Virus record (IMG/VR): IMGVR_UViG_3300034105_001970
Reading direction: 5' to 3' (one strand)
Length of the DNA stretch: 64,000 bases
Origin: a virus
Position numbers and translations under genes: made by a program. The notes under the pieces are model-generated. The model had not been told where the DNA came from and searched no databases. It saw only the letters and a list, made by a program, of their open reading frames with translations. Below, one piece after another: positions 56,177-64,000 of the stretch. Position 1 is the stretch's first letter. Each line of letters opens with the position of its first letter.

Positions 56177-56530
56177 GTGAGAACAAAAAAAGTAAAACAA
56201 AGTAATATGAAAAAAGTAATAGCAATTTTATTAGTATCGTTATTGTGGGTATGCTTAGTAAATGCACAGTATCCAAATAGAGACACAATACATTACAATC
56301 AATTTAGAGATTTGGTTGAATGGCAAAGAGAACATTGGAAAAATAGAATTGAAAAGGAAACGAATGAACAATATCAAATGATTTATATTGATAGGGCAAT
56401 CATTGATAAAAAGAATAAAAAAATATATCTTTATAGTTCATACGATTTAGTATCGGGTGATGAACATGGTATTGGTATAAATTTATTTGTTAAACCAAAA
56501 AAGAAAAAAACTAAGTTATGGAAATTATAA
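56177..56530 (+). CDS. secreted small protein
   Basis: Signal peptide MKKVIAILLVSLLWVCLVNAQ (probable start 56207). Confidence 0.35.
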   Translation: MRTKKVKQSNMKKVIAILLVSLLWVCLVNAQYPNRDTIHYNQFRDLVEWQREHWKNRIEKETNEQYQMIYIDRAIIDKKNKKIYLYSSYDLVSGDEHGIGINLFVKPKKKKTKLWKL

Positions 56531-56823
56531 TAACACTAATTGTATTGATTATTGTATGGTGTGTTGCATTTATGGTAGGAATAAAACAAGGTACAAAACA
56601 ATTAACCAATCAAATTAAAAAAGATGGTGGGTATTTTGATATGGAAATTACAGGAGCAGTTTACCCGTATAAAACTAGTTCACTAAATGATGACACAATG
56701 GGCTCAATTGGTAGTAAACCAAAAACACAAACGGATTATGCGAGAGAACATAGTAAGGAATTTGAAGCAGAAGTTCGTAATGTGATTATAACAACATTAA
56801 AAGAAAAACATAAAAAGAAATAA
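56518..56823 (+). CDS. N-terminally anchored small protein
   Basis: TM helix IIITLIVLIIVWCVAFMVGIKQG; paralogous N-terminus with next gene. Confidence 0.35.
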   Translation: MEIIITLIVLIIVWCVAFMVGIKQGTKQLTNQIKKDGGYFDMEITGAVYPYKTSSLNDDTMGSIGSKPKTQTDYAREHSKEFEAEVRNVIITTLKEKHKKK

Positions 56824-56826
56824 ATT

Positions 56827-57114
56827 ATGATAGTATTATTAATTATGGCATTTATTATCGGTTGGTTAGTAGGTGCAAAGCAAGAACAAAAACGTTTATT
56901 GAATCCAAAAGTGTATGCACCTGAACCGGAAGTTGTAGAACATTTACAAAAGTTAGCGGGTATCAAAGAACATGATAGCACAAAGGGTGTAGAAATTTTA
57001 TCAGAAATTAATACTAATCTTAGTAAGAAAAAAGATGTTAATGGTAATAAATTACTAACTGAACTTTTAAATGCAGCCAACATTGAAACAAAATCGGATA
57101 ACGATAAAAAATAG
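56827..57114 (+). CDS. N-terminally anchored small protein
   Basis: TM helix IVLLIMAFIIGWLVGAKQE. Confidence 0.35.
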   Translation: MIVLLIMAFIIGWLVGAKQEQKRLLNPKVYAPEPEVVEHLQKLAGIKEHDSTKGVEILSEINTNLSKKKDVNGNKLLTELLNAANIETKSDNDKK

Positions 57115-57364
57115 TGAGAACATTGTATTATCAGATGTAGGGAATGGTTGGTCTATAAATAAAATTAGAAGTTCACTCAATCATTATCATATCAGTATAA
57201 ATAATCGTGGTTATAACTATTTTATATATTGTACTATAAGCCGCAAACCTACACCTATTGGATTGTTCATACTAACATATGGTACGGAGTATATGGCAAT
57301 AACAAAAGACCAACTAAAAAATATGCGATATGTAGTTAGGTGTATAAACGGATTGATATGCTAA
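57071..57364 (+). CDS. hypothetical protein
   Basis: 97-aa ORF overlapping neighbours; low support. Confidence 0.25.
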   Translation: MQPTLKQNRITIKNSENIVLSDVGNGWSINKIRSSLNHYHISINNRGYNYFIYCTISRKPTPIGLFILTYGTEYMAITKDQLKNMRYVVRCINGLIC

Positions 57365-57654
57365 CAATTAAGAATTATATTGAAATTGTAAATACAAAGA
57401 TTAGAGATACGACTGTATTTATCCATAATGTTGAGGAAACTGAAACTCAATATAGAATAGTAGTGGCTAATAACCATAACATTGGATTTGAAATGAGTTT
57501 AGAGCGGACACCAATTGGACGAGGTGACACGGCATTATATGAATTATGGTATTGGGATAAGAATGGAAATGTTCAACGAAGTTTATTAGCAAAGAATAAA
57601 ATCGATACAAAGCGGAAAATGATAAAACGAATTACCGAACTTATAATTAAATAG
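57358..57654 (+). CDS. MLTIKN-family small protein
   Basis: Track ORF starts at GTG 57340; ATG 57358 gives MLTIKNYIEIV. Confidence 0.45.
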   Translation: MLTIKNYIEIVNTKIRDTTVFIHNVEETETQYRIVVANNHNIGFEMSLERTPIGRGDTALYELWYWDKNGNVQRSLLAKNKIDTKRKMIKRITELIIK

Positions 57655-57655
57655 T

Positions 57656-57985
57656 ATGCTAACAATAAAGAATTATATAGGTAACCCAATGACAGAAAGT
57701 GATTTTTTCCTGTTTGAACGTTGCACCATATATGATGTAGAGGAAAAAAAATTGGTATATGAATTTAGAATAAGGGATAAGGATTGCATACCATTGTGTT
57801 CTATCTATTTAGCAAGAGAAGCTAATCCTGAGGGTAAGTATGGTATGTGGGGTATAATTAATAGTTACGTTTATAGGACAACAGAAACTCGTTATATAGA
57901 TAAGGTATTAATAAAGAATTGGAATTGGGTAGCAACTGATATGAATGCAATTATTCAAGATATATCAAAAATGAAATGGATATGA
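57656..57985 (+). CDS. MLTIKN-family small protein
   Basis: MLTIKNYIGNP. Confidence 0.45.
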   Translation: MLTIKNYIGNPMTESDFFLFERCTIYDVEEKKLVYEFRIRDKDCIPLCSIYLAREANPEGKYGMWGIINSYVYRTTETRYIDKVLIKNWNWVATDMNAIIQDISKMKWI

Positions 57986-58359
57986 ATGTACATGATTGTA
58001 TTAGATGCAACAATCCAATTAACTATGATGATACTGACTGGTGCGATGTATGTGATATGAGTGTGTTTGATGACCGAATGATAAAACAAAATAATATGCT
58101 AACAATAAAAAATCCGCAACAATTAATCGGACAAGAATATAGTGATTGGTTAAAAGTAATTGGTGCAAACGAGAATCAATATCATTATGAATTTACATTG
58201 GCTAATAAAGAAATGAGCCAAATAGAAACTTTCTTATTACATAGAAAGCAAACCGAAAATGGATGTTATATACTGGAATATAATGGTCACACATTATGGT
58301 TAAATAAAGATGAGTTTGACACAACGGATAAGATTATAATTTGTATGCAAACAATATAA
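57976..58359 (+). CDS. MLTIKN-family protein with optional 40-aa zinc-ribbon N-extension
   Basis: CIRCNNPINYDDTDWCDVC precedes an internal MLTIKNPQQL at ATG 58096; either start is possible. Confidence 0.4.
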   Translation: MDMNVHDCIRCNNPINYDDTDWCDVCDMSVFDDRMIKQNNMLTIKNPQQLIGQEYSDWLKVIGANENQYHYEFTLANKEMSQIETFLLHRKQTENGCYILEYNGHTLWLNKDEFDTTDKIIICMQTI

Positions 58360-58360
58360 T

Positions 58361-58393
58361 CAGCGGGAAGGGGCGGGGGTTGAGCGAAGGTCG
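58361..58393. other. GC-rich island (GGGAAGGGGCGGGGGTTGAGCGAAGGTCG)
   Basis: Stands out in roughly 30 percent GC DNA; homologous element at 61535-61564; followed by TTTTTTTTTGATAGT. Confidence 0.4.
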
Positions 58394-58409
58394 TTTAACC
58401 TAATTTTTT

Positions 58410-58441
58410 TTTGATAGTTTCATATATATTTCGTATCTTTA
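58410..58441 (+). promoter_or_regulatory. Bacteroidota-type promoter
   Basis: TTTG-N20-TATCTTTA. Confidence 0.5.
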
Positions 58442-58461
58442 AGTATAAACTAATTCATAGT

Positions 58462-58635
58462 ATGGCACTAAGAAAAATTCTAAGAGCAATGAAAGCATCA
58501 TTGATTGCAGAGCAAGCTAGAATACCTAAAACAATATTAGGTAATTTCATACATAGATTTAAAATACATTCTATGGAAGGTAGAATATCTAAAATAGAAA
58601 CCGAATTACTCAAACGAAAAACAAAGAAAGTATGA
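58462..58635 (+). CDS. hypothetical small protein
   Basis: Track ORF 58411 N-terminus (IFRIFKY) is the translated promoter; first ATG after the promoter is 58462. Confidence 0.3.
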   Translation: MALRKILRAMKASLIAEQARIPKTILGNFIHRFKIHSMEGRISKIETELLKRKTKKV

Positions 58636-59501
58636 ATTTAGGATATGCATGTATTAATATGAGTTTGGGTAAAAAGGTCACTACAAACCGAACAATGATT
58701 AAGAGAACTTTTTTAGAAAAGGGACTGGATTATGTATCGGATTGTGTTATACAAAATGTAGCGGACTTAGAACGGATTATAGAATGGAATGAGCAGAATG
58801 GTATTAAGATGTATCGTATGAGTTCCGATATGATGCCATGGGCTACTGAATATCAATTTGAACAATTAAAAGATTGGAATGAAATTGCAATCATACTAAA
58901 AAGATGTGGTGATAAAGCAACAAAGTATGGACAAAGATTATCATTTCATCCAGGTCCTTTTAATGTATTAGTTTCACCAAAAGAAGCGGTAGTACAAAAT
59001 ACAATAAATGATTTAGAAGTGCATGGTAGGTTGATGGATGCGATAGGATTATCTAAAACACCTTACAATAAAATCAATATACATTGTAACGGAGTGTATG
59101 GTGATAAGCAAAGTGCGATGGATAGGTTCATAGATAATTTTAAACTACTATCTGATTCAGTAAAGAGCAGATTAACAATTGAGAATGACGATAAGGCGAG
59201 TATGTATTCAGTTAAAGACTTAATGTATATTCACAATGCAATAAAGATACCTATTGTATTTGATTATCATCATCACACATTCAATACCGGAAATTTAAGT
59301 GAGCAAGATGCATTAGAGTTAGCTATGAGTACATGGCCGAAAGGTATAACACCGGCAGTTCACTATTCTGAAAGTAAGATGGGTAGTAAGCCACAGGCAC
59401 ATAGTGATTTCATTGAAAGGATTCCTGAAACATACGGCAACATAGTGGACATAATGGTAGAAGCAAAACAAAAAGATTTAGCAATAATAAAATTTATATA
59501 G
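58632..59501 (+). CDS. uvdE: UV DNA damage endonuclease UvdE
   Basis: Full-length collinear match to the UvdE family: LGYACIN, YRMSSDMMPWATE, SFHPGPFNVLVSPKE, INIHCNGVYGDK, LTIENDDK, IVFDYHHH, VEAKQKD. Confidence 0.9.
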   Translation: MNLGYACINMSLGKKVTTNRTMIKRTFLEKGLDYVSDCVIQNVADLERIIEWNEQNGIKMYRMSSDMMPWATEYQFEQLKDWNEIAIILKRCGDKATKYGQRLSFHPGPFNVLVSPKEAVVQNTINDLEVHGRLMDAIGLSKTPYNKINIHCNGVYGDKQSAMDRFIDNFKLLSDSVKSRLTIENDDKASMYSVKDLMYIHNAIKIPIVFDYHHHTFNTGNLSEQDALELAMSTWPKGITPAVHYSESKMGSKPQAHSDFIERIPETYGNIVDIMVEAKQKDLAIIKFI

Positions 59502-59502
59502 A

Positions 59503-59628
59503 ATGAAAACAATAGCAACGATAGCATTGATAGTAGAAATAGCATGTGTATTGACGGCAGTAGTATGGATAACAATACTATTGATTAAAGCATCAAAATT
59601 GATTAAAGCATCAAAATCGAAGAAATAA
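59503..59628 (+). CDS. tiny membrane protein (41 aa; not in track)
   Basis: TM helix; C-terminus encoded by 17-bp tandem duplication (LIKASK x2). Confidence 0.25.
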   Translation: MKTIATIALIVEIACVLTAVVWITILLIKASKLIKASKSKK

Positions 59629-59629
59629 A

Positions 59630-59842
59630 ATGAAAACAGCATTAGAAACACTATATGATAACTATGGTAACGGAATGGACGAACTATGGAGAAAATCAGA
59701 TGTAGGTGATTTAGATGATTGGCTTTATGATAATTGGTTAGTGGAAGACTCTACCGGAAAATTTAGAATATTAAAAATAGAAGAGTTTGATTATTTACTT
59801 AAAAATGATAATAACTTCGCAAATAAATGGAATAACATATGA
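59630..59842 (+). CDS. hypothetical small protein
   Basis: 70-aa ORF. Confidence 0.3.
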   Translation: MKTALETLYDNYGNGMDELWRKSDVGDLDDWLYDNWLVEDSTGKFRILKIEEFDYLLKNDNNFANKWNNI

Positions 59843-60039
59843 TAACAATAATAACAATATACATAATAGGATTTTTCTTAACACTAACATTTTTTAAATA
59901 CTTTGGACTGAAAATTGGATTTGATTATGATAATCGTAAAATGCAATGGGATTTATGGCTTATAAAGAATGGTAATGATCCAGGATATGAGAATATAATA
60001 CTAATAAAGGAGATAAAAGACTTCTACTATTTTAAATAA
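59839..60039 (+). CDS. small membrane protein, paralogue of 60639 gene
   Basis: IGFFLTLTFFKYFGLKIGFDYDNRKMQWD; about 85-bp near-identical DNA shared with 60676-60760. Confidence 0.35.
   Translation: MITIITIYIIGFFLTLTFFKYFGLKIGFDYDNRKMQWDLWLIKNGNDPGYENIILIKEIKDFYYFK
59866..59951 (+). repeat. about 86-bp direct repeat, copy 1
   Basis: 3 mismatches to 60676-60760. Confidence 0.6.
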
Positions 60040-60044
60040 GATAT

Positions 60045-60398
60045 ATGATACAGAAATACAAAAAGAAGCCAATAACAATAGAAGCTATTCAGTTTAAAGA
60101 AGAGAGTATACCTACCATAAAAGATTGGTTAGGTGAGAATCTATTAGCAGAAGCACACTACAGTTCTCCGATACATTGGATATACCGAATAAAGACCCTA
60201 GAGGGAAATATGCTGGTAACTGAAGGAGACTTTATAATCCGAGGAGTGAAGGGAGAGTTCTATCCATGTAAGCCGGATATCTTCTACGCTACCTACAATG
60301 GACCGGTTAAAGTGATATGGGACCACACCACAGGAGAATATGACCCTGAGTATCTTAAACAACAAGACAGTATTGAAAAGCAGTTAAACAATAAATAG
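60045..60398 (+). CDS. hypothetical protein
   Basis: 117-aa ORF. Confidence 0.35.
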   Translation: MIQKYKKKPITIEAIQFKEESIPTIKDWLGENLLAEAHYSSPIHWIYRIKTLEGNMLVTEGDFIIRGVKGEFYPCKPDIFYATYNGPVKVIWDHTTGEYDPEYLKQQDSIEKQLNNK

Positions 60399-60414
60399 AA
60401 AAACTATAAAATAT

Positions 60415-60633
60415 ATGACACCAAAAGAAAAAGCATTAGACTTAGTAGAGGATATGTTCAACTGTCCAGAAACGGGTTACAACGAACATAAAATCGAATG
60501 TGCATTAATAGCTGTAGATGAAGTTATAGAATTTATGGAAGCTGATGATTTTGATAGTGATACTTGTTATTGGGCAAATCATTCTCAAATGAAATATTGG
60601 ACGGAAGTAAAACAAGAAATAGAAAAACTTTAA
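60415..60633 (+). CDS. hypothetical small acidic protein (MTPKEK N-terminus)
   Basis: Shares MTPKEKxxxLV N-terminus with 62764 gene. Confidence 0.35.
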   Translation: MTPKEKALDLVEDMFNCPETGYNEHKIECALIAVDEVIEFMEADDFDSDTCYWANHSQMKYWTEVKQEIEKL

Positions 60634-60638
60634 AATAT

Positions 60639-60890
60639 ATGATAACAGGTTACTTAATAATGATAATATATCCAATAGGATTTTTCTTAACACTAACATT
60701 TTTCAAATACTTTGGAGTGAAAATTGGATTTGATTATGATAATCGTAAAATGGAATGGGATGACTGGGAAAGTAATGAACAAGCATTTACTGCATTCTCT
60801 ATATTTTGGCCGGTGATAATACCTATGATTTTAATAATTGGTATTTTCAAAATGATATTCAAATTTGGAAAATGGTATCTTAAAAAGTAA
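60639..60890 (+). CDS. small membrane protein, paralogue of 59839 gene
   Basis: Track ORF 60564 overlaps upstream gene; ATG 60639 gives MITGYLIMIIYPIGFFLTLTFFKYFGVKIGFDYDNRKMEWD. Confidence 0.35.
   Translation: MITGYLIMIIYPIGFFLTLTFFKYFGVKIGFDYDNRKMEWDDWESNEQAFTAFSIFWPVIIPMILIIGIFKMIFKFGKWYLKK
60676..60760 (+). repeat. about 86-bp direct repeat, copy 2
   Basis: See 59866-59951. Confidence 0.6.
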
Positions 60891-61028
60891 AATTGACTAT
60901 GAAAATAATATACATGCAAAGGACAATTGAAATGATTGTTAAAAATGAAATTGAATTGTCAGCAGATAGTTTACTCAATACAAAACCGACAAGAGTTGAA
61001 ACACACAAAGAACAAAACTATTTAGTAT

Positions 61029-61211
61029 ATGAATTGGTTTAATATATTATTTCCTGTGTTAAAAGATTTAGAAGATTTGATAGTGGATGGGCAGACAACA
61101 AGTTTAGATACAATTGTAAGTAATAACATAGAATTAGCAAAGGAGTTGGAAGGTAAACCACCAATGAATGCACAACAAATAAAAGAATATGTTAACAATA
61201 AAGAATTATAA
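61029..61211 (+). CDS. hypothetical small protein
   Basis: 60-aa ORF. Confidence 0.25.
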   Translation: MNWFNILFPVLKDLEDLIVDGQTTSLDTIVSNNIELAKELEGKPPMNAQQIKEYVNNKEL

Positions 61212-61530
61212 ACAATTAGAAGGTTGGGCACATAACTATAAAGATTTACGAATAGGTGAAATAGGTGAAAGTGCCGACAATTATATTTTTAGAGTTGCAT
61301 ATAATTCAATACCATACACTATAAAAATATTTAGAACAAAACTTATTACAAACGAATATGAAATGATATTGAGGGATGGGGCAGATATAACACAATTCGG
61401 CAGAGCATGGATAAAAAAAGAACAATTGGAAATAAATCTAATAACCAATTCGTTTGAAAAACTTATTGTAAGTAGTAAACCAAAAGCAAAAGGAATTAAC
61501 AACCCGTTTTATTCAAACGGCCCATTTTAA
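61189..61530 (+). CDS. MLTIKN-family small protein
   Basis: MLTIKNYKQLEG. Confidence 0.45.
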   Translation: MLTIKNYKQLEGWAHNYKDLRIGEIGESADNYIFRVAYNSIPYTIKIFRTKLITNEYEMILRDGADITQFGRAWIKKEQLEINLITNSFEKLIVSSKPKAKGINNPFYSNGPF

Positions 61531-61534
61531 TAAC

Positions 61535-61564
61535 AAAGGGGCGGGGGTTGGGGGCAAGTCGAAT
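61535..61564. other. GC-rich island (AAGGGGCGGGGGTTGGGGGCAAGTCG)
   Basis: Homologous to 58361-58393; followed by TTTTTTTGATAGT as in first copy. Confidence 0.4.
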
Positions 61565-61584
61565 TAGGAAATTTTTTTGATAGT

Positions 61585-61620
61585 AAGGGGATATGTAGTT
61601 AATACTTAATCCCTTTTTTA
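61585..61620 (+). terminator. probable intrinsic terminator
   Basis: AAGGGGAT ... ATCCCTTT stem with 16-nt loop then TTTTTTA. Confidence 0.4.
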
Positions 61621-61652
61621 TTTGGTAATATCAAATATTTGTCGTATATTAG
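61621..61652 (+). promoter_or_regulatory. Bacteroidota-type promoter
   Basis: TTTGGTAA-N20-TATATTAG (same -7 variant as promoter at 694). Confidence 0.45.
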
Positions 61653-61673
61653 AGTTAATAAATAAAAAAAGAT

Positions 61674-62375
61674 ATGGAAAATCCAAGAGATATTAAAATA
61701 GAAATAAAAGAACATCCTGGTTATTTTGTGGATGGTACGGGATTGATATGTTATAAAAAAAATAGTGGTTTTTTTTATTGTAAAAAGGCAGACAAACAAT
61801 CCGCTTTCATTTTACAAAACGGAAAACAAATTACAATAAGTGAGAGTGAGTTCGCAGATAAGTATGTTCCGGGTTGGAGGCAATATAGAAAATCAATTAG
61901 TGAACAAACGCCAACATTGGATTCTTTACATAAATATTTACAAACAATCATTGAAACCAACGCGGAGTTAAGTCAAAAGGTAAAATGGTTAAACGAATAT
62001 ACAAATAAGATATTGAATATTAAAAATACACCGATAGAAAAACCTATACAAAAAGTTAAATCAAAACCGACTAATTCAGTTATTAAATTGGATAAAAGGA
62101 GAAAACCAAATACATGGAAAGGTGAATTTGACAATAGTAAAGTTGAATTGCCTTTAATGACAAAAACAAAATCGGATATAAGTAAAGAGTTTGTAAAAAT
62201 AAAATTAGATATTAAAAAATCTTTGAAACAAAAAGGATATAGTGAAAAAGAAATCAAAGAATTTGAACCACATATTACTAGTGAAAGTTATTTCCATGCA
62301 TCCGCAAATAAGTGGGAGCAATTGATAGAAAAATATGGAATAGATAAGGCAAGTGAATTATGGAATAAATATTAA
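61674..62375 (+). CDS. hypothetical lysine-rich protein
   Basis: 233-aa ORF. Confidence 0.4.
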   Translation: MENPRDIKIEIKEHPGYFVDGTGLICYKKNSGFFYCKKADKQSAFILQNGKQITISESEFADKYVPGWRQYRKSISEQTPTLDSLHKYLQTIIETNAELSQKVKWLNEYTNKILNIKNTPIEKPIQKVKSKPTNSVIKLDKRRKPNTWKGEFDNSKVELPLMTKTKSDISKEFVKIKLDIKKSLKQKGYSEKEIKEFEPHITSESYFHASANKWEQLIEKYGIDKASELWNKY

Positions 62376-62395
62376 CAATATAAAACAATAATAAA

Positions 62396-62542
62396 ATGGA
62401 TAAGTTAAAAAGGATTTGGAATGTAGTATTAGTGCCAACGGCATTTTTCTTAGGAGCAATTAATATGTGGATAGGTGAAACGGCAGTAGGTTGCATGTTT
62501 ATTCTATTTGCGACAAACGAAACAATAAATAAAGATAAGTAA
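62396..62542 (+). CDS. tiny membrane protein (48 aa; not in track)
   Basis: ATG ORF with one TM helix filling the gap. Confidence 0.25.
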   Translation: MDKLKRIWNVVLVPTAFFLGAINMWIGETAVGCMFILFATNETINKDK

Positions 62543-62767
62543 GTGCACTACGAGATAGTAATACCAATTGGAATAGAGGATAACTATTTTAATATAGGAA
62601 TAGACTTTTGGTTGCAACATATAACTGCGACAAACAAAGTCACAAATCGGGATGAAGTAATAATAAATTTGAAAGTAATAGGTATTCAGTTAGACAATAG
62701 ATTAATAAAAGATTATAAGATAGTAAAAGAAAAGAGTTACACAATAATAAAAATAAAATCAGTATGA
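62543..62767 (+). CDS. hypothetical small protein (GTG start)
   Basis: No in-frame ATG near the start; weak. Confidence 0.25.
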   Translation: MHYEIVIPIGIEDNYFNIGIDFWLQHITATNKVTNRDEVIINLKVIGIQLDNRLIKDYKIVKEKSYTIIKIKSV

Positions 62768-62955
62768 CACCAAAAGAAAAGGTAGAGGAATTAGTAGGAG
62801 AATTTTATAAGATAACTACACATGACCAAAGGGCAATGGAATGTGCAATGGTTACAATTAAAGAGGTGTTAATGAAAGTTAGACATTGGGCACCAGAACA
62901 TACAATAGAGTTCTGGGAAGATTGCAAAAAAGAATTAGAAATTAAAATGAAATAA
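62764..62955 (+). CDS. hypothetical small protein (MTPKEK N-terminus)
   Basis: N-terminal MTPKEKVEELV shared with 60415 gene. Confidence 0.35.
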   Translation: MTPKEKVEELVGEFYKITTHDQRAMECAMVTIKEVLMKVRHWAPEHTIEFWEDCKKELEIKMK

Positions 62956-62956
62956 T

Positions 62957-63208
62957 ATGAAATTAGAATTTGGATTGAGTGTATTTAGTAAAAGAGAAAC
63001 ACTATTAGGTATTGAGTTAACGACGCACAACGGAATAGTGGCAAGTGAGGATGCGTTATATGAACAACGAGTAGTGGAGTTTAGTATTGGAATTTGCTTT
63101 GCGATATTCACAATAGGTTTCTTATCAAAGGGCGAAAAGTTAGATACGCCGGATATGGATAATCTACAAAGAGCAATGAAATCATTTGAAAGTGAAATGG
63201 ACAAGTAA
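62957..63208 (+). CDS. hypothetical small membrane protein
   Basis: 83-aa ORF, one hydrophobic helix. Confidence 0.3.
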   Translation: MKLEFGLSVFSKRETLLGIELTTHNGIVASEDALYEQRVVEFSIGICFAIFTIGFLSKGEKLDTPDMDNLQRAMKSFESEMDK

Positions 63209-63360
63209 ACCCGTTCACATCTAACGATTTCGAAAGTAAAGTAATAATAATTCAGCAAAGAATGTATGTAAAGCAAACCCTAATATATGTACTATGTATA
63301 ATGATAGTATACATGGTATGGTTAAGAGAGTATATAAAGAATAAAAGAAAATAAGTAAGT

Positions 63361-63510
63361 ATGAATAAGAAAACAATAATAGAAGCAGTAGGGTTTATCC
63401 TAATGGTAGTAACTATATTAACCTTATTATGTGTACTATATGAAGTGAATGAACTGAAGGGATTAATGAAGGATGCAAGTAATTTTAGAAGTATAACATA
63501 TCGAAAATAG
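63361..63510 (+). CDS. tiny membrane protein (49 aa; not in track)
   Basis: ATG ORF with TM helix in otherwise empty gap. Confidence 0.25.
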   Translation: MNKKTIIEAVGFILMVVTILTLLCVLYEVNELKGLMKDASNFRSITYRK

Positions 63511-63513
63511 AAT

Positions 63514-63873
63514 ATGCTAAACATAAAGAACATAAATAAAATCCTAAATATAGCAGTGGATATGGAATGGTATATAAGAGGTGTAAGTTTAATAGATGGT
63601 TACAATAGTATAACAAAAAGAGAACAACCTGAGTACCTTATAACCCTATGGAATACACTAACGAATACTGAAATGAATGTTTATTTGGAACGAGATAGTT
63701 TCTTAAATGATTTCTATGGGTTATATGTAATAAAGAATGGTAATAAGCAAGAACAATTATTGAGGATAGAATGGATTAAAGATATGGATAGATTTTTAAA
63801 GCATATAAGAGCACTTACAAATGAAACTAATGGTATTGTTAATAAACAAGGAGTGGTTAGGGGATGTAAATAG
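63514..63873 (+). CDS. MLTIKN-family small protein (variant MLNIKNINKIL)
   Basis: Shares the DNA/protein N-terminal signature with the family. Confidence 0.4.
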   Translation: MLNIKNINKILNIAVDMEWYIRGVSLIDGYNSITKREQPEYLITLWNTLTNTEMNVYLERDSFLNDFYGLYVIKNGNKQEQLLRIEWIKDMDRFLKHIRALTNETNGIVNKQGVVRGCK

Positions 63874-64000
63874 TATGAGTAATAAACATCAAATAAAAAA
63901 TATATTCCTTATACACAATCTAATAAACGGAATAAAACAAAAAGGATTTGCAAGTCGTGCAACCCACATCTATTGGCGGGATATAGATAGTACAATAAGA

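Noticed and set aside
58361-58393. G-quadruplex interpretation of the GC-rich islands
   Set aside because: Each copy has only three uninterrupted G-runs within a compact span, so a canonical four-run G4 motif is not satisfied. Left as an unexplained element.
59585-59618. 17-bp tandem repeat (GATTAAAGCATCAAAAT x2) as a CRISPR or other array
   Set aside because: Only two units, and they lie inside a tiny coding ORF (duplicated LIKASK). No CRISPR-like spacer/repeat architecture occurs anywhere in the window.
81-63533. All minus-strand ORFs in the track (for example 81..278, 2417..2674, 20642..21016, 40661..41089, 62935..63276)
   Set aside because: Each lies antisense inside a well-supported + strand gene, is low-complexity (Leu/Ile/Phe/Ser-rich) as expected from antisense AT-rich coding DNA, and none has a promoter or terminator signal. 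The window appears to be 100 percent + strand coding.

Overview
This 64-kb window looks like an accessory or early region of a large, AT-rich virulent bacteriophage, probably of a Bacteroidota (Flavobacteriia-type) host. All ~120 credible genes are on the + strand and tightly packed, with recurrent stop-start junctions TAAGTTATG and ATGA and no Shine-Dalgarno sequences. Transcription units are marked by at least 13 promoters of one class (TTTG-N20-TAtcTTTA, matching the Bacteroidota sigma-A -33/-7 architecture) and at least 8 intrinsic terminators. No capsid, portal, terminase or tail genes were recognised. Recognisable content: (1) an unusually large glycan toolkit: two GT4 and three GT2 glycosyltransferases at 1.8-7.9 kb, three larger proteins with an alpha-1,3-fucosyltransferase-like E..S..TEK motif, two different sulfotransferase-like proteins, about 10 diverged SGNH/GDSL hydrolase paralogues (five in tandem at 46-51 kb), and ADP-heptose pathway genes split over two loci (HldA-like kinase at 47.6 kb; HAD phosphatase, HldC-like adenylyltransferase, cupin and 4Fe-4S ferredoxin at 16.7-18.1 kb). 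(2) DNA metabolism: ATP-dependent DNA ligase, UV-damage endonuclease UvdE, Cas4/RecB-like nuclease, secreted His-Me (DRGH) nuclease, HTH-HNH endonuclease, metallophosphoesterase and three HAD phosphatases. (3) A MoxR/CobS-like AAA+ ATPase with its VWA (CobT-like) partner, an SPFH protein, SWIM zinc-finger proteins and HExxH proteins. (4) A family of at least 9 small (about 100-120 aa) proteins that share only an N-terminal decapeptide, MLTIKN[YFI]x[EKQ]L, and diverge completely afterwards. Non-coding features include 13-nt palindromes ATTGATwATCAAT, a 48-bp near-palindrome in a 260-bp non-coding island, duplicated promoter modules, recent intragenic duplications and gene conversion, two GC-rich islands and a tRNA-like minihelix. 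All calls are from reading the sequence; no database search was run.
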